DNA of 64,000 nt from Gemmatimonadaceae bacterium (GTDB lineage Bacteria; Gemmatimonadota; Gemmatimonadetes; Gemmatimonadales; Gemmatimonadaceae). The DNA is taken from assembly GCA_044224875.1 (NCBI GenBank), contig JBGAJQ010000023.1:1060-65059 (forward strand), given 5' to 3'. Below are positions 8,507-18,673 of the stretch, piece by piece. Positions within the stretch are counted from its first letter, which is position 1; each line of letters opens with the position of its first letter. The notes below the pieces were generated by a model, which saw only the letters and a list, made by a program, of their open reading frames with translations, ran no database searches and was not told where the DNA came from. The position numbers and the translations under genes were made by a program.

Positions 8507-9955
8507 CTACTCCACCACGACCCGCTTCACCAGGGAACCGGCCGGGATCGTCTGGGTCGGCTCCACGCCATTGATGATGGCCAGCAACTCGATGGGAATC
8601 GATGACGGATTCGCAGCGTTGAACTCAGTGATCGTCATCGCTCGGTTGACCTTGACCAGCCGCACGCGGTTTGGCTTGACGCCGAGGATCTTCGGGTCGG
8701 TTTCTGGACGAAAGGAACCGATTGCCTGCTGAAAGACGCCGGCATAGGACGCCGCGCGCGCCGTCGGCGCATATGTGAGCAAGCGATAGTTCGAACCGTT
8801 GTGGCTGACGAAGGCCACGGTGCCAGCAATGGTGGTGTTCGCGTCTGGCTGGGCGGCAAACTCGCCCCACGCCGCCTGCAGGGTGTTGATCGGTTGTGCT
8901 GATGTGCGACCCGCTTGAATGCCTTGTTGCCCAAGGAACGCCGAGAGGAGCTGCGACGGCGTCCCGGCGGAGGCGGCGCTGACCACCATCATCGCGTCTT
9001 TGGCACTGCTGACGCCGACGACCTGCGTGGTCTGATTCTGCGTCTGCCATCCCCCCGGAAAGTCCACTCGGAACCGCAAGTCGGGATGGTGGTACACGCT
9101 GCCCTCGAAGAAGCCCTCGCGAGGGTTCTCACCGAACACCAAGCCGTCCACTCGAGCAAGGAACTCGTCGCGCCCGACCTTGGTGCCGGAGAGCGACCGG
9201 TTCAACGCAGTGATGCGCGCCTCGGTGTTTGCAACGCGGTTGTCGGGGTTGGGGTGGGTTGACTGCCACTCCGGAATGCGGCCCTCGGCTCCGCCGGCGA
9301 TCTTGTCGAGCACGCGGAACATGTTGGCCATTTCGCGCACGTCGTAGCCGTTGCCGAGCGAGTACTTGAATCCCAGCTCGTCGGCCTGCAGTTCGTCGCC
9401 ACGGCCGAACTTCAGGAAGAGCAGCCCCAAACCGGTTTGCGCGACGTCGCCCAGCTGCGCGATGCGCGGCGATAGGATAGAGCCGGCGACCAGTCCGACT
9501 TGCGCGAGCTGGGCGTTCGTCATCTGGCGCACGGAGTGTCGGGCGGTCACGTGACCCATCTCGTGTCCCAGCACCGATGCCAGCTCGGCCTCCGACGTCA
9601 TGTGCGTGAGAATGCCGCGGGTGATGAAGATCGGACCACCTGGGAGGGCGAATGCGTTCACCGCGGGATCGTCCAGTACGATGAACGACCATGGAACGGC
9701 TGGCCGCTCCGTTGTCTTGGCCATCGACATTCCGATACCCGACACGTATCGCTGCAGCGCGGAGTCTCCGACGACCGCGGACTCCTTCAGGACGCTCTGC
9801 TTGCCGTCCTGGCCCATGGCGATCTCCTGGCTTTCCGAGACCAACGTGAGTTCCCGTTTGCCCGTCGCCGGGTTCGTGGCGCAGGCGGTGAGGAGGACGG
9901 CGAGGCTTAAGCGCAATCGATTTCTGAGCATGGCGGTGGTTCTAGGGAATCCCAC
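8507..9955 (-). CDS. M48 family zinc metalloprotease, exported lipoprotein
   Basis: HEMGHVTARH (HExxH) within an M48/BepA-like core, plus leader LSLAVLLTAC. The listed start is GTG at 9955; ATG at 9931 (MLRNRL) is the likelier start. Confidence 0.85.
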   Translation of the reverse strand: MGFPRTTAMLRNRLRLSLAVLLTACATNPATGKRELTLVSESQEIAMGQDGKQSVLKESAVVGDSALQRYVSGIGMSMAKTTERPAVPWSFIVLDDPAVNAFALPGGPIFITRGILTHMTSEAELASVLGHEMGHVTARHSVRQMTNAQLAQVGLVAGSILSPRIAQLGDVAQTGLGLLFLKFGRGDELQADELGFKYSLGNGYDVREMANMFRVLDKIAGGAEGRIPEWQSTHPNPDNRVANTEARITALNRSLSGTKVGRDEFLARVDGLVFGENPREGFFEGSVYHHPDLRFRVDFPGGWQTQNQTTQVVGVSSAKDAMMVVSAASAGTPSQLLSAFLGQQGIQAGRTSAQPINTLQAAWGEFAAQPDANTTIAGTVAFVSHNGSNYRLLTYAPTARAASYAGVFQQAIGSFRPETDPKILGVKPNRVRLVKVNRAMTITEFNAANPSSIPIELLAIINGVEPTQTIPAGSLVKRVVVE

Positions 9956-10131
9956 GTGGTAAGGTGGTGCGGGTGCGCCGGCAGCTCATACCGCTGAAGC
10001 CGGCACTACGAGGCATAACGTGTCTCCGAACGTTGCGCGGTCCCGGGTTCTTTGGAAAGGGTTTTCCCAGCGACTCGGCTCTTTCGGCCAAGCCGTTTCG
10101 GCCATACGTTCGGCCGTCCCCTAACGGATGG

Positions 10132-10839
10132 ATGCGCACGGTGAAGAAGGCATATTCGCTCCTGTTTTCCGGAGCTGTGTTGGCGGTCCTTGCGGCGCCA
10201 ATGGAACGCGGTTCATCGCTGGAGGCACAGGCCGCAGGTGGTGAGTGGCACTCACTCTTTGATGGTAAGTCGCTGGATGGTTGGCGTGGCTACCAGATGT
10301 TCAGGGCACCTGTGGGTTGGGAGGCCTCGAACGGCGTGTTGAGCAAGCGCTTTCCCACCGAGGACCTCATCAGCGACGGCGTGTACGGCGACTTTGAGCT
10401 GGAACTCGAGTGGCGCATCGCGAAGGGCGGCAATGCCGGGATCTTCTACCGAGGCACCGAGCGCTACAACCACGTTTACTGGAGCGCCCCCGAATATCAG
10501 CTGCTCGACGATGCGTCGGCTTCCGACGCGACTGACCGCCTAACGTCGGCCGGGGCCGCGTACGCGGTCTATCCGTCCCCTGCAGGAAACGTGAAGCCGG
10601 CCGGTGAATGGAACCTGACGCGGATCGTCTGCCGCGGGGCGCATGTCGAGCACTGGCTGAATGGAAAGAAGTTGCTCGAATACGAGCTGTGGAGCCCCGA
10701 CTGGAAGGCTAAGGTCAAGGCCAGCAAGTTCAACGAATTCACCGAGTACGGAATGGCCAAGGTGGGACACATCGCCTTCCAAGGTGACCATGACGGTGAG
10801 CTGGCGTTCCGAAACATCCGCATTCGCAACTTGAAGTAG
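10132..10839 (+). CDS. DUF1080 (3-keto-disaccharide hydrolase-like, concanavalin-type) domain protein, secreted
   Basis: WHSLFDGKSLDGWRGY...GDFELELEWRIAKGGNAGIFYR...GHIAFQGDHDGELAFRNIRI is the DUF1080 pattern. ATG at 10132 precedes a signal peptide; the part of the listed ORF 5' of this ATG (9964-10131) looks non-coding. Confidence 0.8.
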   Translation: MRTVKKAYSLLFSGAVLAVLAAPMERGSSLEAQAAGGEWHSLFDGKSLDGWRGYQMFRAPVGWEASNGVLSKRFPTEDLISDGVYGDFELELEWRIAKGGNAGIFYRGTERYNHVYWSAPEYQLLDDASASDATDRLTSAGAAYAVYPSPAGNVKPAGEWNLTRIVCRGAHVEHWLNGKKLLEYELWSPDWKAKVKASKFNEFTEYGMAKVGHIAFQGDHDGELAFRNIRIRNLK

Positions 10840-10882
10840 CGCGGCGTTCCCAGGTTCTTCCTGACCCCCACACCCCGCCCAC

Positions 10883-12085
10883 ATGTCCGCACGCGTGAAG
10901 CTGTCGATCATGATGTTCCTCCAGTATTTCATCTGGGGAAGCTGGTTCGTCACCATGGGCACGTACCTCGGCCAGACGCTGCATTTCACGGATTCGCAGA
11001 TCGGATTGGCATACGGTGCCACGGCCATCGCCGCGCTGGTGTCGCCGTTCTTCATGGGCATGATCGCCGATCGCTTCTTCGCGACGGAAAAACTGCTGGC
11101 GGGCTTGCATGTCCTGGGCGGCGTTCTGATGTGGGTGGTTTCTTCCCAACAGTCGTTCAGCGCGTTTTACCCGATCCTGATCCTCTACGCGCTGTGCTAC
11201 ATGCCGACGTTGAGCCTGACGAACTCGATCTCCTTCCACAACGTGAAGGACCCGGCACGTGACTTCCCGTTGATCCGGGTGCTCGGCACGATCGGCTGGA
11301 TCGTAGCCGGTATCATTGTGGGAAAGGTCCTGAAGGCCGACGCACTCAACACTCCGATGCGCGTGGCGGCGATTGGTTCGTTCCTCCTCGGGATCTACTC
11401 GCTCACCCTGCCACACACGCCGCCGAAAGCCGCCGGAGCGCCGTTCAACGTTCGCGACGCGCTGGGTCTGGACTCGTTGCAGCTCCTGAAGGACCGCGAC
11501 TTTCTCATTTTCGTACTCGGCTCCTTCCTGCTCTGCATCCCGCTGCAGTTCTACTACACGTTCGCCAATCCCTTCTTGAACGAGATCAAGGCGCCGGAGC
11601 CAGCGTTCATCCAGACCTTCGGACAAATGTCGGAGATCGGCTTCATGCTCCTGTTGCCGCTCGCCCTCAAGCGCTTTGGCATCAAGACGATCATGCTTGG
11701 CGGCATGGCGGCGTGGGCCCTCCGGTATCTCGCGTTCAGCAACGGCAACGCGGACGCTGGTATGTGGCTGGTCTACGCGGGCATCCTGCTCCATGGCGTG
11801 TGCTACGACTTCTTCTTTGTGGCGGGACAGATCTATACCGACGAAAAGGCCGGTCCCAAGATTCGTGCGGCCGCACAAGGCTTCATCAACTTCGTCACAA
11901 ATGGTGTGGGCTATTTCATTGGCGCCTTCGTTTCTGGTGCGGTCGTGAGTCGTTATGCAACCCAGTCCGCCTCTGGTGTCACGCATGATTGGCACGGCAT
12001 CTGGCTCGTGCCGTCGGTGATGGCCGCGGTGGTCCTGGTGTTGTTCCTTCTCGCTTTCCGGCCGTCGGCCCGTCCTGCCGCGTGA
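10883..12085 (+). CDS. NupG/XapB-type nucleoside:H+ symporter family MFS transporter
   Basis: N-terminus [60 protein letters not shown] aligns closely with my recollection of E. coli NupG. It has 12 predicted hydrophobic segments. Confidence 0.8.
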   Translation: MSARVKLSIMMFLQYFIWGSWFVTMGTYLGQTLHFTDSQIGLAYGATAIAALVSPFFMGMIADRFFATEKLLAGLHVLGGVLMWVVSSQQSFSAFYPILILYALCYMPTLSLTNSISFHNVKDPARDFPLIRVLGTIGWIVAGIIVGKVLKADALNTPMRVAAIGSFLLGIYSLTLPHTPPKAAGAPFNVRDALGLDSLQLLKDRDFLIFVLGSFLLCIPLQFYYTFANPFLNEIKAPEPAFIQTFGQMSEIGFMLLLPLALKRFGIKTIMLGGMAAWALRYLAFSNGNADAGMWLVYAGILLHGVCYDFFFVAGQIYTDEKAGPKIRAAAQGFINFVTNGVGYFIGAFVSGAVVSRYATQSASGVTHDWHGIWLVPSVMAAVVLVLFLLAFRPSARPAA

Positions 12086-12231
12086 CCACCTGGGTGGGTG
12101 CGTGGTTGGCGTGCCGACAGGATGGCGCGACATGGGCCAAGTCGCCGAGCGTTGGGCGGCACCTGTCGGCGATCCACCGAATGCTTTTGCGCGACGTTTC
12201 CCTCACGTGATGCTTCCCAACCGGACCTGCC

Positions 12232-13491
12232 ATGGCTGATCCTATCTCCCGACGCGACTTCGTCTCCGAGGCCTCGTTCGCCGCCGCTGCATTCACCATT
12301 GTCCCGCGTCACGTGTTAGGCAGGGGATACCGCGCCCCATCCGACACCCTCAACGTGGCTTGCATTGGTGTAGGCGGCATGGGATTCAATGACGTGAAGG
12401 GCATGTCGATCGGGTACCGGGACTTCCGCGAGTTGTTAGAGAAGGAGAAGACCATAGACGCCGTCACGGTGACGACGCCCGACCACGTGCACGCCGCGGC
12501 CGCAATGATGGCGCTTAGGGCTGGGAAGCACGTGTATTGCCAGAAGCCGCTTGCGCGGACCGTGGGTGAGGTACGCGCGCTCAAGGCCGAAGCGGCGCGG
12601 CGGCCGAAGCAGGCCACACAGATGGGCAATCAGGGGCACGCCGGCGACGGCGTGCGCCAGATGCGGGAGTGGATTGAAGCTGGCGCGATCGGAACGGTTC
12701 AACGGGTGGAGTTATGGACTAACCGACCGATTTGGCCGCAGGGAATCAATCGGCCGACCGAAGCACATAACGTTCCGCCAACGCTCGACTGGAATCTCTG
12801 GTTAGGCCCCGCCAGCGAACGGCCCTACCATCCGGGTTACGCGCCATTCAACTGGCGTGGGTGGTGGGATTTTGGCACGGGCGCCATGGGCGACATGGCC
12901 TGCCACATCATGGACGCGTCGTTCTGGATATTGGGACTGAAGTACCCCGCGCGCGTGATTCCGGAATCGTCACCGCTGTTCCCGGAAACCGCGCCAAAGT
13001 CATCGCGCATCACGTACGAGTTCCCCGCACGCGGCGATCGCCCGGCCGTGACCGTGGTCTGGCGTGACGGCGGGATCTATCCGCCACGGCCCGAGGAGTA
13101 TGGAAGGGAACGTGCGTGGGTCCCAGACAACGAAGGGGGCCAACTCTGGATTGGTGACAAGGGCTCGATGATTGCCGGCACGTACGGTGCCGACCCAAAG
13201 CTGTGCGATGAAACAAAGCACGCCGCCCTCATCGCCAATCCGCCCGCGGTGAAGTACCCGAGGACGGAGGGTGTCTACAAGGAGTGGATCGCGGCGATCA
13301 AGAGTGGTGGGCAACCCGGGTCGAACTTCTCATCTCACGCTGGCCCACTGACGGAGATGATCACGTTAGGCAATCTGGCAGTGCGGGCCGGGCGAACGGT
13401 GGAGTTGGATCCGGAGACTGGAGCGATCAAGACCTCGGGCATTCCGAGCGAGTGGATCACCCCCGTGTATCGCTCCGGTTGGAGCCTCTAA
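12232..13491 (+). CDS. Tat-exported Gfo/Idh/MocA family oxidoreductase
   Basis: Twin-arginine leader (ISRRDFVSEASFAAAAF), GxGxxG-like CIGVGGMG, and TPDHVHAAAAMMALRAGKHVYCQKPL. The C-terminal alpha/beta domain is typical of the periplasmic glycoside-oxidoreductase-like subgroup. Confidence 0.85.
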   Translation: MADPISRRDFVSEASFAAAAFTIVPRHVLGRGYRAPSDTLNVACIGVGGMGFNDVKGMSIGYRDFRELLEKEKTIDAVTVTTPDHVHAAAAMMALRAGKHVYCQKPLARTVGEVRALKAEAARRPKQATQMGNQGHAGDGVRQMREWIEAGAIGTVQRVELWTNRPIWPQGINRPTEAHNVPPTLDWNLWLGPASERPYHPGYAPFNWRGWWDFGTGAMGDMACHIMDASFWILGLKYPARVIPESSPLFPETAPKSSRITYEFPARGDRPAVTVVWRDGGIYPPRPEEYGRERAWVPDNEGGQLWIGDKGSMIAGTYGADPKLCDETKHAALIANPPAVKYPRTEGVYKEWIAAIKSGGQPGSNFSSHAGPLTEMITLGNLAVRAGRTVELDPETGAIKTSGIPSEWITPVYRSGWSL

Positions 13492-13514
13492 CCCACCACC
13501 CTGGTTCCTGAGAG

Positions 13515-14933
13515 TTACCAGATACCGACCCAGCCCTTCACCGAGGCAATCAGCTTGGCTGGGTCGTAGCCGACTCCGTCCTTGAAGACCAGCTTCACGT
13601 TGCGGACGTCGGCGATGCGCTGCGACGGATCGCCATCGACCAGCACCAGGTCCGCGCGCTTGCCGACCACAATCGAGCCGACCTCGTCGCCGCGCCCCAA
13701 GTAGGTTGCACCGTTCAGCGTACCAATGCGAATTGCCTCGAGCGGGGTGAAGCCCGCTTCGACGAGAAGTTCAAGCTGCCGCTGGTTCGAATAGCCTGGG
13801 ATCACGCCACCCGCGCCGGTGGGATCCGTTCCCGCCACCAGTACGCCGCCAGCGCGTGCGAAGGCCAGCTCCATCGCCATGGCCTTGGGAAAAAGTGAGC
13901 GATAGATCGACTGCGTGGATGTGGACGCGTTGGCAAAGAACTTTTCGAATTGTTCCTTGAGCTGCGGCGTGAGGACGTCCAGCCCCGGCGGCATTGGCCG
14001 GCCTGGCGTGAACGTCTCGAACACCGTCAGCGTAGACGTCACCGCCACATGATGCTTCAGCAACACGTCCATCACTCGTCGCAGGTCCGGCGACGCGGGA
14101 TCGAGTGCATTCACACTCTGCTGTCCCTTGCCCTGGCCCGGACACTCGTCAGGCTTCTTGTCGGCCACGAAATCCGTGGAGGCAAGGAAGCCATGCTCGA
14201 GGTTGTCGATCCCCAGCTGCGCCGCCTCGGCATATGTCACCGAGCAGAGGTGGCCCGTCACCTTCAAGCCGCGCTTGTGTGCGGCGTCGATCGCCGCCTT
14301 GAGCTCGTCCCTGCTGATGTGCATGTACGCCTTGTACGACGTGGCGCCATGGTCCGCCCAGTAGTTCACGAGTGCGCGCGCGTCGTCGGGACCCGTGAGC
14401 CCCTTCATTTGCCCAAACGATCCCGCCGCACCTTGCAGGTACGGCGCCGTCGCATCGATCCATGGGCCCGCCTTCTGCCCGCGATCGATGGATTGCTTGA
14501 TGTTGATCTCGCCGAAGCCGTTCATGTTCCCGCCCGTCCGCATCGACGTCACGCCGCCCGCCAGATACAACCGAACGAACGACTCCGCGAGATTGCCGTA
14601 GACTCCTGGCCCCGTCGGGTAGAACAGGTGCTCGTGCACCATCGCCATCCCAGGCATGACACTTTGCCCCGACGCGTCGATAACGCGCGCACCCTGAGGG
14701 ATCGAAACAGAACTGGCCGCTCCGACGGCGCTGATACGCCCGCCCGTCACCAGGACTGTCTGCCCATCTCGCGCTGGCGCGCCAGTGCCATCGATGACAC
14801 GGACGCCGCGCAATGCCACAACGGAATCGTCTACGGCGATGAACGGCCTAACGCTCGGTGCAAAAACCGGACGTTGTGCCGTCGCGCTCGTCGCGACACC
14901 GACCAGAAGTATCAACCCGAAAAGTTGCCTCAC
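13515..14933 (-). CDS. amidohydrolase family protein, secreted
   Basis: Signal peptide, then VIDGTG...VLV.GGRI..VG...IP.GA.VID..G..VMPG and HEH motifs of the metal-dependent amidohydrolase superfamily. The C-terminal GKRADLVLVDGDP motif is also present. Confidence 0.8.
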   Translation of the reverse strand: MRQLFGLILLVGVATSATAQRPVFAPSVRPFIAVDDSVVALRGVRVIDGTGAPARDGQTVLVTGGRISAVGAASSVSIPQGARVIDASGQSVMPGMAMVHEHLFYPTGPGVYGNLAESFVRLYLAGGVTSMRTGGNMNGFGEINIKQSIDRGQKAGPWIDATAPYLQGAAGSFGQMKGLTGPDDARALVNYWADHGATSYKAYMHISRDELKAAIDAAHKRGLKVTGHLCSVTYAEAAQLGIDNLEHGFLASTDFVADKKPDECPGQGKGQQSVNALDPASPDLRRVMDVLLKHHVAVTSTLTVFETFTPGRPMPPGLDVLTPQLKEQFEKFFANASTSTQSIYRSLFPKAMAMELAFARAGGVLVAGTDPTGAGGVIPGYSNQRQLELLVEAGFTPLEAIRIGTLNGATYLGRGDEVGSIVVGKRADLVLVDGDPSQRIADVRNVKLVFKDGVGYDPAKLIASVKGWVGIW

Positions 14934-14954
14934 GCGATCCTCTTCTTTGGCGAG

Positions 14955-16412
14955 TCAGTCGGCGTGCAGGGACAGTGTGCTCAAGCGTATCGCGCCGAGT
15001 GACGACTCCGCTGTCACGCGAAGGCGCTCCACCGTCGCCACCGGAAAACGCACGAGACGACAATAGCCGATGGTCGTGCCCTCCGCGAGCGTCGTGGTCC
15101 CGGCTGTCGTCATGGCCTCGACGCGAAATCGTTCGATCGTCTGGCCGAGGGCTATTGGCTCCTGCAGTCGAAGCACCGTGCACGGCGTAGCGTGACGAAG
15201 CTCGATGACGAGCGATGCCGACGCGGCATCCGGTCGGGCGCTCCAAAACGACCCTGGATCTCCGTCCAGTGCGCGCTTGCCCTGACCCGCCGCGCGTGCT
15301 CCCTTCGCATAGTCCGTTCCCAATAACCGATCTCGCGCGCGCCCAAACGCGAGCAGTTGTCCGGTGTCCGTTGGATGGAGGAGACCGTCCCGAGTCGGTG
15401 GAACGTTCAGCAGGAGCTTGCTGTTCCTGCCCACTGAGGTGAAGTAGAGCGACATCAAGTCGGCCGCGGTGCGCACCTTGTCGTCCTCTGCGGGATGCCA
15501 GAACCATCCTGGCCGGATCGATACGTCCGTTTCTCCAGGCCGCCACACGGATCCGTTGGGATGACCACGTTGCAGGGTTTCGCCAACACCGGGCGCGTCA
15601 TAACCGGCATACGGCACCGCGTCGGGGTCGATCGTACTCCAGCACGTCTCGCCAGCTACACCGCGCTCGTTGCCAATCCACCGAACGTCTGGCCCCGCAT
15701 CGCTGAACATCACGGCCTCGGGTTGCAACCGACGGACTGTTCTGTGAATGCGCGGCCAATCGTACACCTGACGCTTCCCACTCAGACCCTCGCCGTTCGC
15801 TCCATCGAACCACACCTCGGCCACGCGTCCGTAGCGCGTCAGGAGTTCCTCCAGCTGCGCGACATAGTGGTCCATGTAGCGCGCGGAATCGCCGTAGCTC
15901 GGCTCGTGCCGATCCCACGGAGAGAGGTACACTCCAAGGCCAAGCCCTTCGGCACGGCAGGCCTCCGCCACATCGCGCACCACGTCGCCATTGCCACCAC
16001 GCCACGGACTCGACTGCACGGAGTGCGCGGTGCGCGCGCTTGGCCAGAGGCAGAAGCCATCGTGGTGCTTTGCCGTGAGTACGAGCGACCGGAAGCCTGC
16101 CTGACGAGCGGTGCGTGCCCAGACCCGTGCGTCCAGTTGCGCGGGATTGAAGATGGACGGTGATTCCGATCCGTCGCCCCACTCGCGATCGGTGAAGGTG
16201 TTGACGCCAAAATGCAGAAAGAGCGCGAGTTCATCGTGCTGCCAAGCCAATTGTGCGGGCGTCGGCACCGGGCGTCGCACGCGCGATGCATCGGTTAACG
16301 CCCGTGCGCGCCCAGGTATCGCGGCAGCCAACGTGGCGGCGGCCGCGGCGCGCACGAACGCGCGCCGGGTCCAGTCGGGCGCTTGCTTGGGTCTCGTCAC
16401 CTGCCGCGCCAC
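14955..16412 (-). CDS. alpha-L-fucosidase (GH29) with C-terminal carbohydrate-binding-like domain, Tat leader
   Basis: TRRAFVRAAAAATLAAA leader. QLAWQHDELALFLHFGVNTFTDREWGDG...LVLTAKHHDGFCLWPS is the GH29 N-terminal signature. Confidence 0.8.
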   Translation of the reverse strand: MARQVTRPKQAPDWTRRAFVRAAAAATLAAAIPGRARALTDASRVRRPVPTPAQLAWQHDELALFLHFGVNTFTDREWGDGSESPSIFNPAQLDARVWARTARQAGFRSLVLTAKHHDGFCLWPSARTAHSVQSSPWRGGNGDVVRDVAEACRAEGLGLGVYLSPWDRHEPSYGDSARYMDHYVAQLEELLTRYGRVAEVWFDGANGEGLSGKRQVYDWPRIHRTVRRLQPEAVMFSDAGPDVRWIGNERGVAGETCWSTIDPDAVPYAGYDAPGVGETLQRGHPNGSVWRPGETDVSIRPGWFWHPAEDDKVRTAADLMSLYFTSVGRNSKLLLNVPPTRDGLLHPTDTGQLLAFGRARDRLLGTDYAKGARAAGQGKRALDGDPGSFWSARPDAASASLVIELRHATPCTVLRLQEPIALGQTIERFRVEAMTTAGTTTLAEGTTIGYCRLVRFPVATVERLRVTAESSLGAIRLSTLSLHAD

Positions 16413-17641
16413 GCTCCCCGTGCCACGGCCGGCTGGAACTTCTCAATTCCCTTGGGCGGAAAGTCGAGCGTTCGCCCCTGCTCTGCGCTGCGATAGGCGG
16501 TCATGAGCACCTTCACCACTTCCACACCGTCATCGAACGTCAGCCGCGGCGCTTCCTTGCCCAGGAACGCGCGAACGAAATGACGATCTTCTCCCGTGTA
16601 TCCGTACGCGACGTATTCCTCAGGCACGACGGGCATCACGCCCATCTCCGCGTTTTGCTTCTCGACCAGGTCTTCACCGGAACGTCCCTTGACTTCGCGC
16701 GAGAAGAAGAGGTTCAACCCGCTGTCGAGCGAGTTCCATTTGAGCGAGTACTCGGGGCCCAGGAGCTCAGCCGACAGCCGCAACCCGGCTCCCACGTAGC
16801 TCCACGACGTCGTGGCTTCGCCGATCGCGCGCGTCCCATCGTCGGTCTCGAACTCGATCGAGACGCTGGCAAAGTCCTCGGATGGCGCCTTCGCGTAATC
16901 CACCTCCTTCCCCATCGTCTTCTTGAGCTTCGCGACATACTCGGGTCTCGACCACTTGAGCGACGCGATGTGTCCGGTGATCCTGACGGGGCGAACCGTG
17001 GAGAGGGCATCACCGGGTCGAGTGAGCAGGTGGCGAACGACCAGCGCCGAGTGGCACATCATGTCGTTCAGCACACCGCCGCCCTGCAGGGGTCCTTGCC
17101 AAAACCACGGGGAGTGGGGCCCGCTGTGCTCTTCGGCAGCGCGTGCCAGATACGGACGACCGGTTGTTGCTGCGCCGCGTGCCCACAGCAGCGCCTTCCC
17201 GGCTTCTACGTGCGGCGAGAACAGTTGATTCTCCAGGTAGGCAGTCTTGAGCCCTACCGAGGCAGCCAGACGTTGTACCTGTCGAGCCTCAGCCACGTTG
17301 CGCGCCAACGGCTTCTCGCAGGCCAAGCCCACCAGCGACCCTCGACCACGCGAGATCGCATCCACGATCTCCTCGATGTTTTCGACGCGCGCCTGGTTGG
17401 CGCCGCACACCCAGATGGCGTCGATCGCTGGATCAGCCACCATGTCCGCGATCGTCTGGTACGGCTTTGCGTTGCCAACGTCCAAATCGCGCGCCAGCGC
17501 CGCGGCGGATGCGGCGTTCTTCTTGTTTGGGCTCCAGACGCCGAGCACGTCCGCGTCTCGCACGCCACCCCAACCCATGATGTGAAACCGTGTGTTGAAT
17601 CCTGATCCGACGAAACCGATGCCGAGTCGCTTGCTGGTCAT
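16397..17641 (-). CDS. Gfo/Idh/MocA family oxidoreductase (cytoplasmic type)
   Basis: IGFVGSGFNTRFH Rossmann start and the ACEKPLARNVAEA motif. The gene overlaps the downstream fucosidase start by 16 nt. Confidence 0.85.
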   Translation of the reverse strand: MTSKRLGIGFVGSGFNTRFHIMGWGGVRDADVLGVWSPNKKNAASAAALARDLDVGNAKPYQTIADMVADPAIDAIWVCGANQARVENIEEIVDAISRGRGSLVGLACEKPLARNVAEARQVQRLAASVGLKTAYLENQLFSPHVEAGKALLWARGAATTGRPYLARAAEEHSGPHSPWFWQGPLQGGGVLNDMMCHSALVVRHLLTRPGDALSTVRPVRITGHIASLKWSRPEYVAKLKKTMGKEVDYAKAPSEDFASVSIEFETDDGTRAIGEATTSWSYVGAGLRLSAELLGPEYSLKWNSLDSGLNLFFSREVKGRSGEDLVEKQNAEMGVMPVVPEEYVAYGYTGEDRHFVRAFLGKEAPRLTFDDGVEVVKVLMTAYRSAEQGRTLDFPPKGIEKFQPAVARGAWRGR

Positions 17642-17856
17642 TGCCCGAAAATTGATGGTGAGTCGTGCGGCGTTGGCGGCGGAATCCAGACGAGGAATGC
17701 CGCATTGCTCCCCGTGCTTCCATGCACCGTGCTTCCCAAAGGGTATCAGTCCGCTCGGCCTTTGGCGAATGCTGCGAACGGACTTAACGGCTCAGAGGCA
17801 ACCGCGTCCAATCGGTCGATGGTTTTCCACCTCTCCACGTTGACACGGATGTTCTT

Positions 17857-18594
17857 ATGAAGACGCGAATTCTGGCCATGGCTGCGTTGGCCCTCACCTC
17901 CTTAGCCGGCGCCCAATCTCCGCGCCGCGGTGGCCCGCCGGTCGATCGCCCACTGTTCGGACCACCAGGTGCCCACGGCGGTGGCTTAGCTACGATGCTG
18001 ATCGACGCTCGTCGCGAATTGAATCTCTCGCCCAAGCAACTTGTGGCTCTTGATTCCGTCGAGCGGGCGGATTTCGCGAGACGACGACAGGACATGGAGG
18101 CGATGCGTACGCGACGCGACTCCGTCTGTGCCAAGCGGGATCCCTGCGAATTGACGCGAGACGAGATGCAACAGATGCGCAGTCATGCCGTCGGTCAGAT
18201 GGCGCTCCGACTGCGGGCAGATTCGGCGATGCATTCGAAGATCTTCGGGATGTTGGACACTACGCAGCGCAGGCTCGCCGACCGAATCGAGTACCGTCGC
18301 GAGCTGCTGGGCACCGGACGAGGATCGCGGCAAATGATGCGCGAGACCAGATCGCACGACTTCGGTCCCGGTGGATTTGGGCCTGGCTTTGGTCCACGCG
18401 GATCGAGACCCCGTGGTCCCGGCCGTGATGACCTGTCAGCTCCTCGCCGCCGAATGGAGGGCGGGTCTCAGCCCGACGTGCCTCCCGCGCGTTGGCGAGA
18501 CGACGGGACGTTGAGGAATCGCCGTTGGCGACCCGAACTTGACGACAGTCTCCCGCCAGACTCATCAGCGCAGCCCATTCCATCGAATCGGTAA
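17857..18594 (+). CDS. secreted hypothetical protein, Spy/CpxP-like helical N-part with Gly/Pro/Arg-rich tail
   Basis: Signal peptide MKTRILAMAALALTSLAGAQS. It has LxxxQ-type motifs (LSPKQL, LDTTQRRL) and a low-complexity C-terminus. The family assignment is weak. Confidence 0.5.
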   Translation: MKTRILAMAALALTSLAGAQSPRRGGPPVDRPLFGPPGAHGGGLATMLIDARRELNLSPKQLVALDSVERADFARRRQDMEAMRTRRDSVCAKRDPCELTRDEMQQMRSHAVGQMALRLRADSAMHSKIFGMLDTTQRRLADRIEYRRELLGTGRGSRQMMRETRSHDFGPGGFGPGFGPRGSRPRGPGRDDLSAPRRRMEGGSQPDVPPARWRDDGTLRNRRWRPELDDSLPPDSSAQPIPSNR

Positions 18595-18673
18595 CGGTCA
18601 CCGGATCGGGACGCGCATACCCGGGGTCGGACGTCAGCAGCTCAGCGTCTAAATGGCACGACCCGACGCTGAC

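Noticed and set aside
10739-12133. 464-aa minus ORF antisense to the NupG-type permease. Similar long alternative-frame ORFs: 1203..2201, 13950..15002, 16253..17605, 22447..23463, 23542..24459, 26379..27431, 42541..43788, 47477..48574, 48966..49664, 49474..50397, 54878..56338, 61000..61920, 61260..62102.
   Set aside because: All overlap well-supported genes on the other strand or in another frame. They are Arg/Pro/Gly/His-rich and show no family resemblance. They are best explained as stop-poor shadow frames in GC-rich coding DNA.
18642-18672. 8-bp inverted repeat TCAGCGTC ... GACGCTGA between convergent genes.
   Set aside because: The loop is 15 nt, the stem is short and no T-tract follows. 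Such a repeat is not distinguishable from chance in GC-rich DNA.
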